A stretch of 64,000 bases of DNA from Antedon mediterranea. Taxonomy: Eukaryota; Animalia; Echinodermata. Where the stretch lies: assembly GCF_964355755.1 (NCBI RefSeq), contig NC_092680.1, positions 19,477,045 to 19,541,044 of the forward strand, given 5' to 3'. Of the stretch, positions 39,201 to 52,196 are shown piece after piece (the first letter of the stretch is position 1; the number at the start of each line of letters is the position of its first letter). A program made the position numbers and the translations under genes. The notes below the pieces were generated by a model. The model made no database searches. It was not told the DNA's origin and saw nothing but the letters and a program-made list of their open reading frames with translations.

Positions 39201-42200
39201 GCCAGGGAGAGTTTTCTTTTAAATATTTTGCTACCACATTCGAAATAAAAGAAAATGAATTTTACAAGAAAATTTAAAAATTCTAAAAGTGTATCAACTG
39301 ATTCCTTGGTAGTATAGTGGTGAGTATCTCCGCCTGTCACGCGGAAGACCGGTGTTCAATTCCCCTCCAGGGAGAGTTTACTTTTATATTTTTTGCTACC
39401 ACATTCGAAATAAAAGAAAATGAATTTTACAATAAAATTTAAAAATTCTAAAAGTGTATCATCCGATTCCTTGGTAGTATAGTGGTGAGTATCTCCGCCT
39501 GTCACGCGGAAGACCGGGGTTCAATTCCCCGCCAGGGAGAGTTTTCTTTTAAATATTTTGCTACCACATTCGAAATAAAAGAAAATGAATTTTACAAGAA
39601 AATTTAAAAATTCTAAAAGTGTATGAACTGATTCCTTGGTAGTATAGTGGTGAGTATCTCCGCCTGTCACGCGGAAGACCAGGGTTCAATTCCCCGCCAG
39701 GGAGAGTTTACTTTTATATTTTTTGCTACCACATTCGAAATAAAAGAAAATGAATTTTACAATAAAATTTAAAAATTCTAAAAGTGTATCAACTGATTCC
39801 TTGGTAGTATAGTGGTGAGTATCTCCGCCTGTCACGCGGAAGACCGGGGTTCAATTCCCAGCCAGGGAGAGTTTACTTATATATTTTTTGCTACCATATT
39901 CGAGATATAAGAATATTTCCAATAAAATTTAAAAATTCTAAAAGTGTATCAACCGATTCCTTGGTAGTATAGTGGTGAGTATCTCCGCCTGTCACGCGGA
40001 AGACCGGGGTTCAATTCCCCGCCAGGGAGAGTTTACTTATATATTTTTTGCTACCATATTCGAGATATAAGAATATTTCCAATAAAATTTAAAAATTTAA
40101 AAATTTAAAAATTCCTTGGTAGTATAGTGGTGAGTATCTCCGCCTGTCACGTGAAAGACCGGGGTTCAATTCCCCGCCAGGGAGAGTTTACTTTTATATT
40201 TTTTGCTACCACATTCGAAATAAAAGAAAATGAATTTTCCAAGAAAATTTAAAAATTCTAAAAGTGTACCAACTGATTCCTTGGTAGTATAGTGGTGAGT
40301 ATCTCCGCCTGTCACGCGGAAGACCGGTGTTCAATTCACCGCCAGGGAGAGTTTACTTTTATATGTTTTGCTACCATATTCGAAATAAAAGAAAATGAAT
40401 TTTACAAGAAAATTTAAAAATTATAAAAGTGTATCAACTGATTCCTTGGTACAGTAGTATAGTGGTGAGTATCTCCGCCTGTCACGCGGAAGACCGGGGT
40501 TCAATTCCCCGCCAAGGAGAGTTTACTTTTATATGTTTTGCTACCATATTCGAAATAAAAGAAAATGAATTTTGCAAGAAAATTTAAAAATTCTAAAAGT
40601 GTATCAACTGATTCCTTGGTAGTATAGTGGTGAGTATCTCCGCCTGTCACGCGGAAGACCGGGCTTCAATTCCCCGCCAGGGAGAGTTTTCTTTTAAATA
40701 TTTTGCTACCACATTCGAAATAAAAGAAAATGAATTTTACAAGAAAATTTAAAAATTCTAAAAGTGTATGAACTGATTCCTTGGTAGTATAGTGGTGAGT
40801 ATCTCCGCCTGTCACGCGGAAGACCGGTGTTCAATGCCCCGCCAGGGAGAGTTTACTTTTATATTTTTTGCTACCACATTCGAAATAAAAGAAAATGAAT
40901 TTTACAATAAAATTTAAAAATTCTAAAAGTGTATCATCCGATTCCTTGGTAGTATAGTGGTGAGTATCTCCGCCTGTCACGCGGAAGACCGGGGTTCAAT
41001 TCCCCGCCAGGGAGAGTTTTCTTTTAAATATTTTGCTACCACATTCGAAATAAAAGAAAATGAATTTTACAAGAAAATTTAAAAATTCTAAAAGTGTATG
41101 AACTGATTCCTTGGTAGTATAGTGGTGAGTATCTCCGCCTGTCACGCGGAAGACCAGGGTTCAATTCCCCGCCAGGGAGAGTTTACTTTTATATTTTTTG
41201 CTACCACATTCGAAATAAAAGAAAATGAATTTTACAATAAAATTTAAAAATTCTAAAAGTGTATCATCCGATTCCTTGGTAGTATAGTGGTGAGTATCTC
41301 CGCCTGTCACGCGGAAGACCGGCGTTCAATTCCCCGCCAGGGAGAGTTTACTTATATATTTTTTGCTACCATATTCGAGATATAAGAATATTTCCAATAA
41401 AATCTAAAAATTCTAAAAGTGTATCAACCGATTCCTTGGTAGTATAGTGGTGAGTATCTCCGCCTGTCACGCGGAAGACCGGGGTTCAATTCCCCGCCAG
41501 GGAGAGTTTACTTTTATATTTTTTGCTACCACATTCGAAATAAAAGAAAATGAATTTTCCAAGAAAATTTAAAAATTCTAAAAGTGTATCAACTGATTCC
41601 TTGGTAGTATAGTGGTGAGTATCTCCGCCTGTCACGCGGAAGACCGGTGTTCAATTCACCGCCAGGGAGAGTTTACTTTTATATTTTTTGCTACCACATT
41701 CGAAATAAAAGAAAATGAAATTTACAATAAAATTTAAAAATTCTAAAAGTGTATCATCCGATTCCTTGGTAGTATAGTGGTGAGTATCTCCGCCTGTCAC
41801 GCGGAAGACCGGGGTTCAATTCCCCGCCAGGGAGAGTTTACTTATATATTTTTTGCTACCATATTCGAGATATAAGAATATTTCCAATAAAATTTAAAAA
41901 TTCTAAAAGTGTATCATCCGATTCCTTGGTAGTATAGTGGTGAGTATCTCCGCCTGTCACGCGGAAGACCGGGGTTCAATTCCCCGCCAGGGAGAGATTT
42001 CTTTTAAATATTTTGCTACCACATTCGAAATAAAAGAAAATGAATTTTACAAGAAAATTTAAAAATTCTAAAAGTGTATCAACTGATTCCTTGGTAGTAT
42101 AGTGGTGAGTATCTCCGCCTGTCACGCGGAAGACCGCGGTTCAATTCCCCGCCAGGGAGAGTTTACTTTTATATGTTTTGCTACCACATTCGAAATAAAA

Positions 42201-44063
42201 GAAAATGAATTTTACAAGAAAATTTAAAAATTCTAAAAGGGTATCAACTGATTCCTTGGTAGTATAGTGGTGAGTATCTCCGCCTGTCACGCGGAAGACC
42301 GGGGTTCAATTCATCGCCAGGGAGAATTTACTTTTATATTTTTTGCTACCACATTCGAAATAAAAGAAAATGAATTTTTCAATAAAATTTTAAAATTCTA
42401 AAAGTGTATCAACCGATTCCTTGGTAGTATAGTGGTGAGTGTCTCCGCCTGTCACGCGGAAGACCGGGGTTCAATTCCCCGCCAGGGAGTGTTGACTTTT
42501 ATATTTTTTGCTACCACATTCATTCGAAATATAAGAAAATGAATTTTGCAAGAAAATTTTAAAATTCTAAAAGTGCATCAACCGATTCCTTGGTAGTATA
42601 GTGGTGAGTATCTCCGCCTGTCACGCGGAAGACCGGGGTTCAATTCCCTGCCAGGGAGTGTTTACTTTTATATTTTTTGCTACCATATTCGAGATATAAC
42701 AAAATTTAAAAGAAAATTAAAAAATTCTAAAAGTGTATCAACCGATTCCTTGGTAGTATAGTGGTGAGTATCTCCGCCTGTCACGCGGAAGACCGGGGTT
42801 CAATTCCTCGCCAGGGAGAGTTTACTTTTATATTTTTTGCTACCACATTCGAAATAAAAGAAAATGAATTTTCCAAGAAAATTTAAAAATTCTAAAAGTG
42901 TATCAACTGATTCCTTGGTAGTATAGTGGTAAGTATCTCCGCCTGTCACGCGGAAGACCGGGGTTCAATTCCCCGCTAGGGAGAGTTTACTTTTATATTT
43001 TTTTGCTACCACATTCGAAATAAAAGAAAATGAATTTTGCAAGAAAATTTAAAAATTCTAAAAGTGTATCAACTGATTCCTTGGTAGTATAGTGGTGAGT
43101 ATCTCCGCCTGTCACGCGGAAGACCGGGGTTCAATTCCCCGCCAGGGAGAGTTTATTTATATATTTTTTGCTACCATATTCGAGATATAAGAATCTTTAC
43201 AAGAAGATTACAAAATTCTAAAGATGTATCAACCGATTCCTTGGTAGTATAGTGGTGAGTATCTCCGCCTGTCACGCGGAAGACCGGGGTTCAATTCCCC
43301 GCCAGGGAGAGTTTACTTTTATATTTTTTTTGCTACCACATTCGAAATAAAAGAAAATGAATTTTGCAAGAAAATTTAAAAATTCTAAAAGTGTATCAAC
43401 TGATTCCTTGGTAGTATAGTGGTGAGTATCTCCGCCTGTCACGCGGAAGACCGGGGTTCAATTCCCCGCCAGGGAGAGTTTACTTATATATTTTTTGCTA
43501 CCATATTCGAGATATAAGAATATTTCCAATAAAATTTAAAAATTCTAAAAGTGTATCAACCGATTCCTTGGTAGTATAGTGGTTAGTATCTCCGCCTGTC
43601 ACGCGGAAGACCGGGGTTCAATTCCCCGCCAGGGAGTGTTTACTTTTATATTTTTTGCTACCATATTCGAAATAAAAGAAAATGAATTTTGCAAGAAAAT
43701 TTAAAAATTCTAAAAGTGTATCAACTGATTCCTTGGTAGTATAGTGGTGAGTATCTCCGCCTGTCACGCGGAAGACCGGGGTTCAATTCCCCGCCAGGGA
43801 GAGTTTACTTTTATATTTTTTTTGCTACCACATTCGAAATAAAAGAAAATGAATTTTGCAAGAAAATTTAAAAATTCTAAAAGTGTATCAACTGATTCCT
43901 TGGTAGTATAGTGGTGAGTATCTCCGCCTGTCACGCGGAAGACCGGGGTTCAATTCCCCGCCAGCGAGTGTTTACTTTTATATTTTTTTTGCTACCACAT
44001 TCGAAATAAAAGAAAATGAATTTTGCAAGAAAATTTAAAAATTCTAATGGTGTATCAACCGAT

Positions 44064-44135
44064 TCCTTGGTAGTATAGTGGTGAGTATCTCCGCCTATCA
44101 CGCGGAAGACCGGTTTTCAATTCCCCGCCAGGGAG
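44064..44135 (+). pseudogene. tRNA-Asp variant with ATC anticodon and damaged B box
   Basis: Anticodon ATC at 44097-44099; T-stem CGGTT instead of CGGGG. Confidence 0.8.
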
Positions 44136-46030
44136 AGTTTACTTTTATATTTTTTGCTACCACATTCGAAATAAAAGAAAATGAATTTTTCAATAAAATT
44201 TAAAAATTCTAAAAGTGTATCAACTGATTCCTTGGTAATATAGTGGTGAGTATCTCCGCCTGTCACGCGGAAGACCGGGGTTCAATTCCCCGCCAGGGAG
44301 AGTTTACTTATATATTTTTTGCTACCATATTCGAGATATAAGAATATTTCCAATAAAATTTAAAAATTCTAAAAGTGTATCATCCGATTCCTTGGTAGTA
44401 TAGTGGTGAGTATCTCCGCCTGTCACGCGGAAGACCGGGGTTCAATTCCCCGCCAGGGAGAGTTTACTTATATATTTTTTGCTACCATATTCGAGATATA
44501 AAAATATTTCCAATAAAATTTAAAAATTCTAAAAGTGTATCATCCGATTCCTTGGTAGTATAGTGGTGAGTATCTCCGCCTGTCACGCGAAAGACCGGGG
44601 TTCAATTCCCCGCCAGGGAGAGATTTCTTTTAAATATTTTGCTACCACATTCGAAATAAAAGAAAATGAATTTTACAAGAAAATTTAAAAATTCTAAAAG
44701 TGTATCAACTGATTCCTTGGTAGTATAGTGGTGAGTATCTCCGCCTGTCACGCGGAAGACCGCGGTTCAATTCCCCGCCAGGGAGAGTTTACTTTTATAT
44801 GTTTTGCTACCACATTCGAAATAAAAGAAAATGAATTTTACAAGAAAATTTAAACATTCTAAAAGGGTATCAACTTATTCCTTGGTAGTATAGTGGTGAG
44901 TATCTCCGCCTGTCACGCGGAAGACCGGGGTTCAATTCCCCGCCAGGGAGAATTTACTTTTATATTTTTTGCTACCACATTCGAAATAAAAGAAAATGAA
45001 TTTTTCAATAAAATTTTAAAATTCTAAAAGTGTATCAACCGATTTCTTGGTAGTATAGTGGTGAGTGTCTCCGCCTGTCACGCGGAAGACCGGGGTTCAA
45101 TTCCCCGCCAGGGAGTGTTGACTTTTATATTTTTTGCTACCACATTCATTCGAAATATAAGAAAATGAATTTTGCAAGAAAATTTTAAAATTCTAAAAGT
45201 GCATCAACCGATTCCTTGGTAGTATAGTGGTGAGTATCTCCGCCTGTCACGCGGAAGACCGGGGTTCAATTCCCTGCCAGGGAGTGTTTACTTTTATATT
45301 TTTTGCTACCATATTCGAGATATAACAAAATTTAAAAGAAAATTAAAACATTCTAAAAGTGTATCAACCGATTCCTTGGTAGTATAGTGGTGAGTATCTC
45401 CGCCTGTCACGCGGAAGACCGGGGTTCAATTCCCCGCCAGGGAGAGTTTACTTTTATATTTTTTGCTACCACATATTCGAAATAAAAGAAAATGAATTTT
45501 GCAAGAAAATTTTAAAATTCTAAAAGTGTATCAACCGATTCCTTGGTAGTATAGTGGTGAGTATCTCCGCCTGTCACGCGGAAGACCGGGGTTCAATTCC
45601 CCGCCAGGGAGAGTTTACTTTTATATTTTTTGCTACCACATTCGAAATAAAAGAAAATGAATTTTCCAAGAAAATTTAAAAATTCTAAAAGTGTATCAAC
45701 TGATTCCTTGGTAGTATAGTGGTGAGTATCTCCGCCTGTCACGCGGAAGACCGGGGTTCAATTCCCCGCCAGGGAGAGTTTACTTTTACATTTTTTTGCT
45801 ACCACATTCGAAATAAAAGAAAATGAATTTTGCAAGAAAATTTAAAAATTCTAAAAGTGTATCAACTGATTCCTTGGTAGTATAGTGGTGAGTATCTCCG
45901 CCTGTCACGCGAAAGACCGGGGTTCAATTCCCCGCCAGGGAGAGTTTATTTATATATTTTTTGCTACCATATTCGAGATATAAGAATCTTTACAAGAAGA
46001 TTACAAAATTCTAAAGATGTATCAACCGAT

Positions 46031-46102
46031 TCCTTGGTAGTATAGTGGTGAGTATCTCCGCCTATCACGCGGAAGACCGGTTTTCAATTCCCCGCCAGGG
46101 AG
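46031..46102 (+). pseudogene. tRNA-Asp variant with ATC anticodon and damaged B box
   Basis: Anticodon ATC at 46064-46066, with the same CGGTT T-stem change as the copy at 44064. Confidence 0.8.
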
Positions 46103-48256
46103 AGTTTACTTTTATATTTTTTGCTACCACATTCGAAATAAAAGAAAATGAATTTTGCAAGAAAATTTAAAACATTCTAAAAGTGTATCAACTTATTCCT
46201 TGGTAGTATAGTGGTGAGTATCTCCGCCTGTCACGCGGAAGACCGGGGTTCAATTCCCCGCCAGGGAGAGTTTACTTTTATATTTTTTTTGCTACCACAT
46301 TCGAAATAAAAGAAAATTAATTTTGCAAGAAAATTTAAAAATTCTAATGGTGTATCAACTAATTCCTTGGTAGTATAGTGGTGAGTATCTCCGCCTGTCA
46401 CGCGGAAGACCGGGGTTCAATTCCCCGCCAGGGAGAGTTTACTTTTATATTTTTTGCTACCACATTCGAAATAAAAGAAAATGAATTTTGCAAGAAAATT
46501 TAAAAATTCTAAAAATGTATCAACTGATTCCTTGATAGTAGGCTTATAGTGGTGAGTATCTCCGCCTGTCACGCGGAAGACCGGGGTTCAATTCCCCGCC
46601 AGGGAGAGTTTACTTATATATTTTTTGCTACCATATTCGAAATAAAAGAAAATGAATTTTACAAGAAAATTTAAAAATTCTAAAAGTTCATCAACTGATT
46701 CCTTGGTAGTATAGTGGTGAGTATCTCCGCCTGTCACGCGGAAGACCGGGGTTCAATTCCCCGCCAGGGAGAGTTTACTTATATATTTTTTGCTACCATA
46801 TTCGAAATAAAAGAAAATGAATTTTACAAAAAAATTTAAAAATTCTAAAAGTTCATCAACTGATTCCTTGGTAGTATAGTGGTGAGTATCTCCGCCTGTC
46901 ACGCGGAAGACCGGGGTTCAATTCCCCGCCAGGGAGAGTTTACTTATATATTTCTTGCTACCATATTCGAAATAAAAGAAAATGAATTTTGCAAGAAAAT
47001 TTAAAAATTCTAAAAGTGTATCAACTGATTCCTTGGTAGTATAGTGGTGAGTATCTCCGCCTGTCACACGGAAGACCGGGGTTCAATTCCCCGCCAGAGA
47101 GAGTTTACTTTCATGTTTTTTTGCTACCACATTCGAGATATATAACAATATTATCAAGAAAATTTTAAAATACCGATTCATTGGTAGGATATAGTAATTG
47201 CTCCTAGTAATTCTCCCCGCCACCATGGACACGTTGACGTCTTACGTACTTTTATATTTTTTTGCTGTCATATTTATTTTAAAATAGTTGTGCGCCGCCT
47301 GTTGTTGAGCCAGTGAGAATACATTATTATTACTTTATTTGGTTAAAGATGATACACCGGCTAGGGGCCTAGGTAGGCTTAACAACTTATTTTAAGGATG
47401 CAATAATTGGTGAGTGTTACATTATCAGTTAAATTTGTAACGTTGATTTTTTGTTGATATCATGTAAGCTAGGCCTAGTCTCAACTCAGCTTAAACTGCA
47501 CCACTTACCTCCTACTGTGTATGTACCGGATCCTATGTACCTAGGCCTAGGCCTAGCATGATAATTAAGTAAGTCCACGTACGTACCTGCCAGACACGGG
47601 AGGAGGAGGAGGAGGTCTGGCTGGGAGCGGATGTACGTCTTTTTATTTATCCTTCATTTGGAGGAAATCCTTTTTTTCTGGGGCCTAACTAACTCAAATT
47701 GTAGTAAGCTGTTTGTTGTATCATGGAACATGGCATTTTAATTTTTATCATAAATTGTTATCATAAAAAACAGCTATCAAGCAAGTAGTAAATATAATTT
47801 AAAAAAAGGCTAATTAAAATACCTGTCTGTACTAGGCTACTACTACTACTAGGCTAGGCTAGTACTACTGCTGACTGTAGTTAGGCCTATGTTTATTAAT
47901 TTCATATTGAGATTGTATAATAATGTATGTACACTAGGCCTAGGCTAGTTTTGTACTACTAAGCCTAGGCTAGTTTTGTACTAGGCTAGACCTAATTTAT
48001 TAAATTTAATAATTTATGGTAGGCCTAGCCTCTATATAGGCTAAAGAAAGAGGGCATAGGCAATACATAAGTTACTATAGCAGACATTCCAACCTTCCTG
48101 ATTTTTCCTAATCCCAATCTCCCGAAAAGTAATTAACAAAGTCTAACAAAATTTGGGTTTAAGGTAAAAACATTTTTCAAACCGACATTGACTGCCTGAT
48201 GTTTGTTTTTTAGGTGGTCATTTCAGTATTTGTACATAATTATATCTGATTTGTCA

Positions 48257-48617
48257 GGGCATGTGGCGCAGTGGGTTGGACGTTAGATTACTGATCGTGA
48301 GATCGTGATTCAAATCCAATTTATGTTGCATTGCTTGTATCCTTAGGCAAGACACTTTACTTATATATTTATACACTCAAGTGTATAAATGAGTAACGGT
48401 TAGATCAAGACCCAACTTTGCGCTGATTACTACAGTAGCTACATTATGGGAGTATGTTTCCATTCGTGTTTGATCAAAAAAATGACCGGGGTAATAATGT
48501 GCAGCGCATTGGGAGCTTATGTGCTATATAAGAATGAACTATTTGTTAAGAGCCTTTGAGCATGTTTATTCATAAAAAGGGGGCTATATAAATGTGGTAT
48601 ATTATTAGTATTATTAG
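48257..48617 (+). mobile_element. tRNA-derived SINE with CORE/Meta-like centre and L2-like tail
   Basis: A box TGGCGCAGTGG, B-box-like GATTCAAATCC, central ccttaggcaagacacttta...gtgtataaatgagta, and a duplicated 3' gctatata(a)...tattatta tail. Confidence 0.65.
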
Positions 48618-50632
48618 TTGCTAGGATGCATGATGCACCTTTCGTAAACATTAAAATGCTGATTGGTTATTGTGATGTATTTAATATTAATATTTATTCG
48701 TTAAAACATGTCACATCTGCTACAAACACATTTAAAAACGCATCAAATCCGAAATGTAAATCTCCCGAATTTGTTAATCATTTTAAGTTGGAACGTCTGC
48801 CAATGTTATCATGCCTAAAATAATCCTACCTAGTGTAGTCCAAAACAAGCAAAGCAATATTTAACATCAACTTGGAGAATGTTTAATGAAGCAGGGACCT
48901 TTTGGCCCATGGACGTTTTTCCTTGAGCCAAAGCATCGCACTTTTTAAACAATATAATAACTTTATCAATAAATATTTAATGACAAACAAACACTATAAT
49001 ACAGTAATGATAGTGATAAGTATGTACATTATATAAATTTATTTAATCTCCTAAATAATATTTATATAGTTATCGTCATTAAATAAATGTTATAGTATTT
49101 GATTTAAGGTGTGATAAGGGTTGTAAAACATTTACATAAGATTATACTTTGTAAGTTCTATTATAATAACTCTAGAAAGTTTAATGCACTTAATAGTATG
49201 GTCACTTTTACCCCACATTTTTACCTGACAGTAGTCTACTAAACTGTAGGCCTGGCCTTTCAGTAAACTAATTACTGATGATAATAATGCTTTGTAGTAC
49301 AGTAGTATGATTACCAATTTGATACATAGAATATTGGTCCCTTATATTTAGGAATATCCATCATAAAACTATTTTTAATTATTGTTTGACAACTTTATAA
49401 TGGCTAGCACTATAGATAGAACAATCCTAGGCCTAACAAGTAAAGCAATGTACACATCAGTTTGGGGTGTATTGTAATGATCAATGACGTTTTGGCCCAA
49501 AGATGTATCGACACAGCGGGATTCAAAGCCTAAACAAAATTATGTTTTATTGTTTTAGCCTTACATCCTACAGTAATTGACATGACACAATACATCAGAT
49601 TGATGAGTCTGTAAGTGTGTCAATGTCATCTACTACTTGTGTAAAATTAAAAACTCAGCTTTCACAGCCTGTCAAATTAAGAATTGATTTACTGTAGTGT
49701 ACTGTAACTAAAATTAATATAGGCACGTTAGATTAACATTAACATTTTAATATTAATTTTAATTAAAGTGCCAAGCTCTGTCAAAAAGAACTACTGTATG
49801 CATCAAAAGAATCACCTGAATCAAATATGGTCGTTTGATTGGAAGAAGATTGGGGCTCACATGATATTCAATAGACATACTGTACTATTGAACTGCAATT
49901 AGACTTTTTCAGCTTTTTTTGTACAAAAAAAGAATGTTTTTTCGTGCGTAAAATTGTGGTTTATTTTTATAGTAAATGTGCTTTTATAGACTGTATAAAA
50001 AAATTGATAGTAACTTTAGAAATGGCAAAAAAATTAATTGTGTCAGAAGTACAGAAATTTGGTGAGATTTACAGAGAGTCTTAATTGTGTCTGGCTGTAA
50101 TATACAAAGTGCACTTGCATCCTACAGTATCTCCTTCCACTCACACCCTATCTCCTTCCACTCACACATTTACAGTACTTCTTCGTTTTCCTTTCAGGCA
50201 TGTGTTGTCATTTTTTGCATAGACTGCAATTTATCAACATACTGACTATGAATGTTCCAGGCTAGTTATCAAAATATAAGAATGTATTCTTTTGAATTTG
50301 ATGCTCCATTCTTAATAACTATCTGGATCTATCTAGCGTGCAAAAGCTTGGTTACGAAAATAGTTGGTTAGCTTTAAATGGATAAACAAGCTACCGGTAT
50401 ACAAATTATATCCATTCCAAGGTTGTTAATATTCATTTTACATTTTTATAGTTCCAACGTTTTAAAATTTTAATTAATTAGAATTCAGACATCGTTGACC
50501 TAAAATACTAAGTATTTCAAGATTATCAAGGAAAAGAATGAATTATCTTCTTTGAAATATACAGTAATACATGTGTATATAGTGTGTGTGTATTAGATTA
50601 GACACATCCTGAATGGAACAATATATTGTTAA

Positions 50633-50830
50633 AGATGTATTATCTCCCTGAAAAAAATAATTCTTAAAATTTTTAAAAGTATATTTATCTAAAATCAAAT
50701 TGGCTGGCAGCCAAGGGGTATTTTTGGTCGAATTTAACCATTTATTTTGTCATTTTATCTACAAAATAATCTATTCAAAGTCTGATTTTATTAATCTTTA
50801 TTTTTCATGTTTTTGGGGGAAAATACATCT
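50633..50830. mobile_element. Short Kolobok-like MITE related to 25842-26385
   Basis: TTAA|AGATGTATT...AATACATCT|TTAA. Confidence 0.6.
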
Positions 50831-52196
50831 TTAAGTTTGTTTTCTGGATTACAAATCTTTATTGTTATAAAGAGAGATTTATATATTTAAAAAATATTCC
50901 ATTAAATCATTGTTACTTTGGTGGCCCACCTGGCAGTAGTGCATCATTCATGATTTGGAGCAACTACTTTACTTTAATAATAAAGCCTGAATTCTATTCC
51001 CTATTTTTTTGTCTATAACATTGATAACATCTTGTGCGAACTGTGATAATAATTTTCATCATTTTGGTTATGAATGAATGGTAAGTACTATCACAGTAGT
51101 AGGTACTGTAGGGTACATACAGTATTTGAGACTACTTTTAAGATTTTAGACAGAGAATTGCATTGTATCGGCCTGTATCTAAATAATCTTAATTTATAGT
51201 GTATACATTAATAATGTATGATTTTCTTTATCAAATAATTTATAATCATAAAAGTTTTATCAAATTATCATTAGCAATTCTAATAATATTTTAATGACCT
51301 TTTAATTATTATTACCATGAATACTGATTTAATCTAAATTCTGTTTTCGTAATCAAATTTCTAATAATTAAATATTTTATGCTGGTGGGATTATTGATAT
51401 ATTGTTCTTTTTTACTGGTGGCATTATTAGTTGTATGTTTACTGGTGGTAGGAACAATACATAGATTTTCGATTGTGTACATTACTGGTATTATTATATG
51501 ATTATGTCTTCTTATCTATAGCAATTTAATATTCAATTTCATAATTAATTCATCTTTTGTACTGCCATGTTTTTGTTGAAGAGATTTTAGAAAAGTATAT
51601 TAAAATATACTTTTTCTGGTGTTTCCCGCATTTGTTGCATTAGTTATAGCGGTACAACAGGCAAACTTTCAAGGTCTCCTAATAAGCACAGAAGTTTGCA
51701 AGTGAGCGCCCATCATTTTTACACGAACACCACAAATTATTTTACTACTGTATGTGTACATATTCCTGCTTTATCTGGAAAGCTTCTGTTTTCTGTCAAG
51801 ACTTATAGAAATGGATCAGATTTTAATAAGAGATTTATACATTTGAAAGAGTATTGTATTGTTGGTAGAATGATGGCTATGATTTTCTTATGGCTATGAT
51901 TTTTCACTGGATAATTTTCAACATACAGTATGTAATGTTGTTTACAAAATTGTATTCTGGATAAAAATGTGAACATAAATCCTGTATGTGCAAATAATTT
52001 TTTTTGCAAAATGATTTTTCCATTGTATTTTGCAGGAAAGAAATACAGAAACCATCAACTAGCAATGGTGAAGATAACCCACCAAGACCGGTTGAACAGA
52101 TTATGAAGAGGAGAAGCACTCTTGCTTTTTTTTTTCCTTCAGTACTCTATTAATAGACACTTTTAAATTACTGGACCGTGTTGAAGAACCATTCAG

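Larger units (their letters stand above)
37162..47101 (+). tRNA. Tandem array of 61 tRNA-Asp genes (mostly GTC anticodon), ~160-170 bp unit
   Basis: Consensus TCCTTGG TA GTATAGTGGTGAGTAT C TCCGC CTGTCAC GCGGA AGAC CGGGG TTCAATT CCCCG CCAGGGA G (72 nt). Stems pair, A box TAGTATAGTGG and B box GGTTCAATTCC are present, the discriminator is G73, and oligo-T Pol III terminators follow within ~20 nt. First copy at 37162, last at 47030. The count is manual. A degenerate 62nd unit lies at ~47178-47275. Confidence 0.95.

Noticed and set aside
37162-47101. CRISPR-like repeat/spacer appearance
   Set aside because: The 'repeat' is a 72-nt tRNA and the 'spacers' are near-identical to one another. There are no cas genes and the context is eukaryotic.
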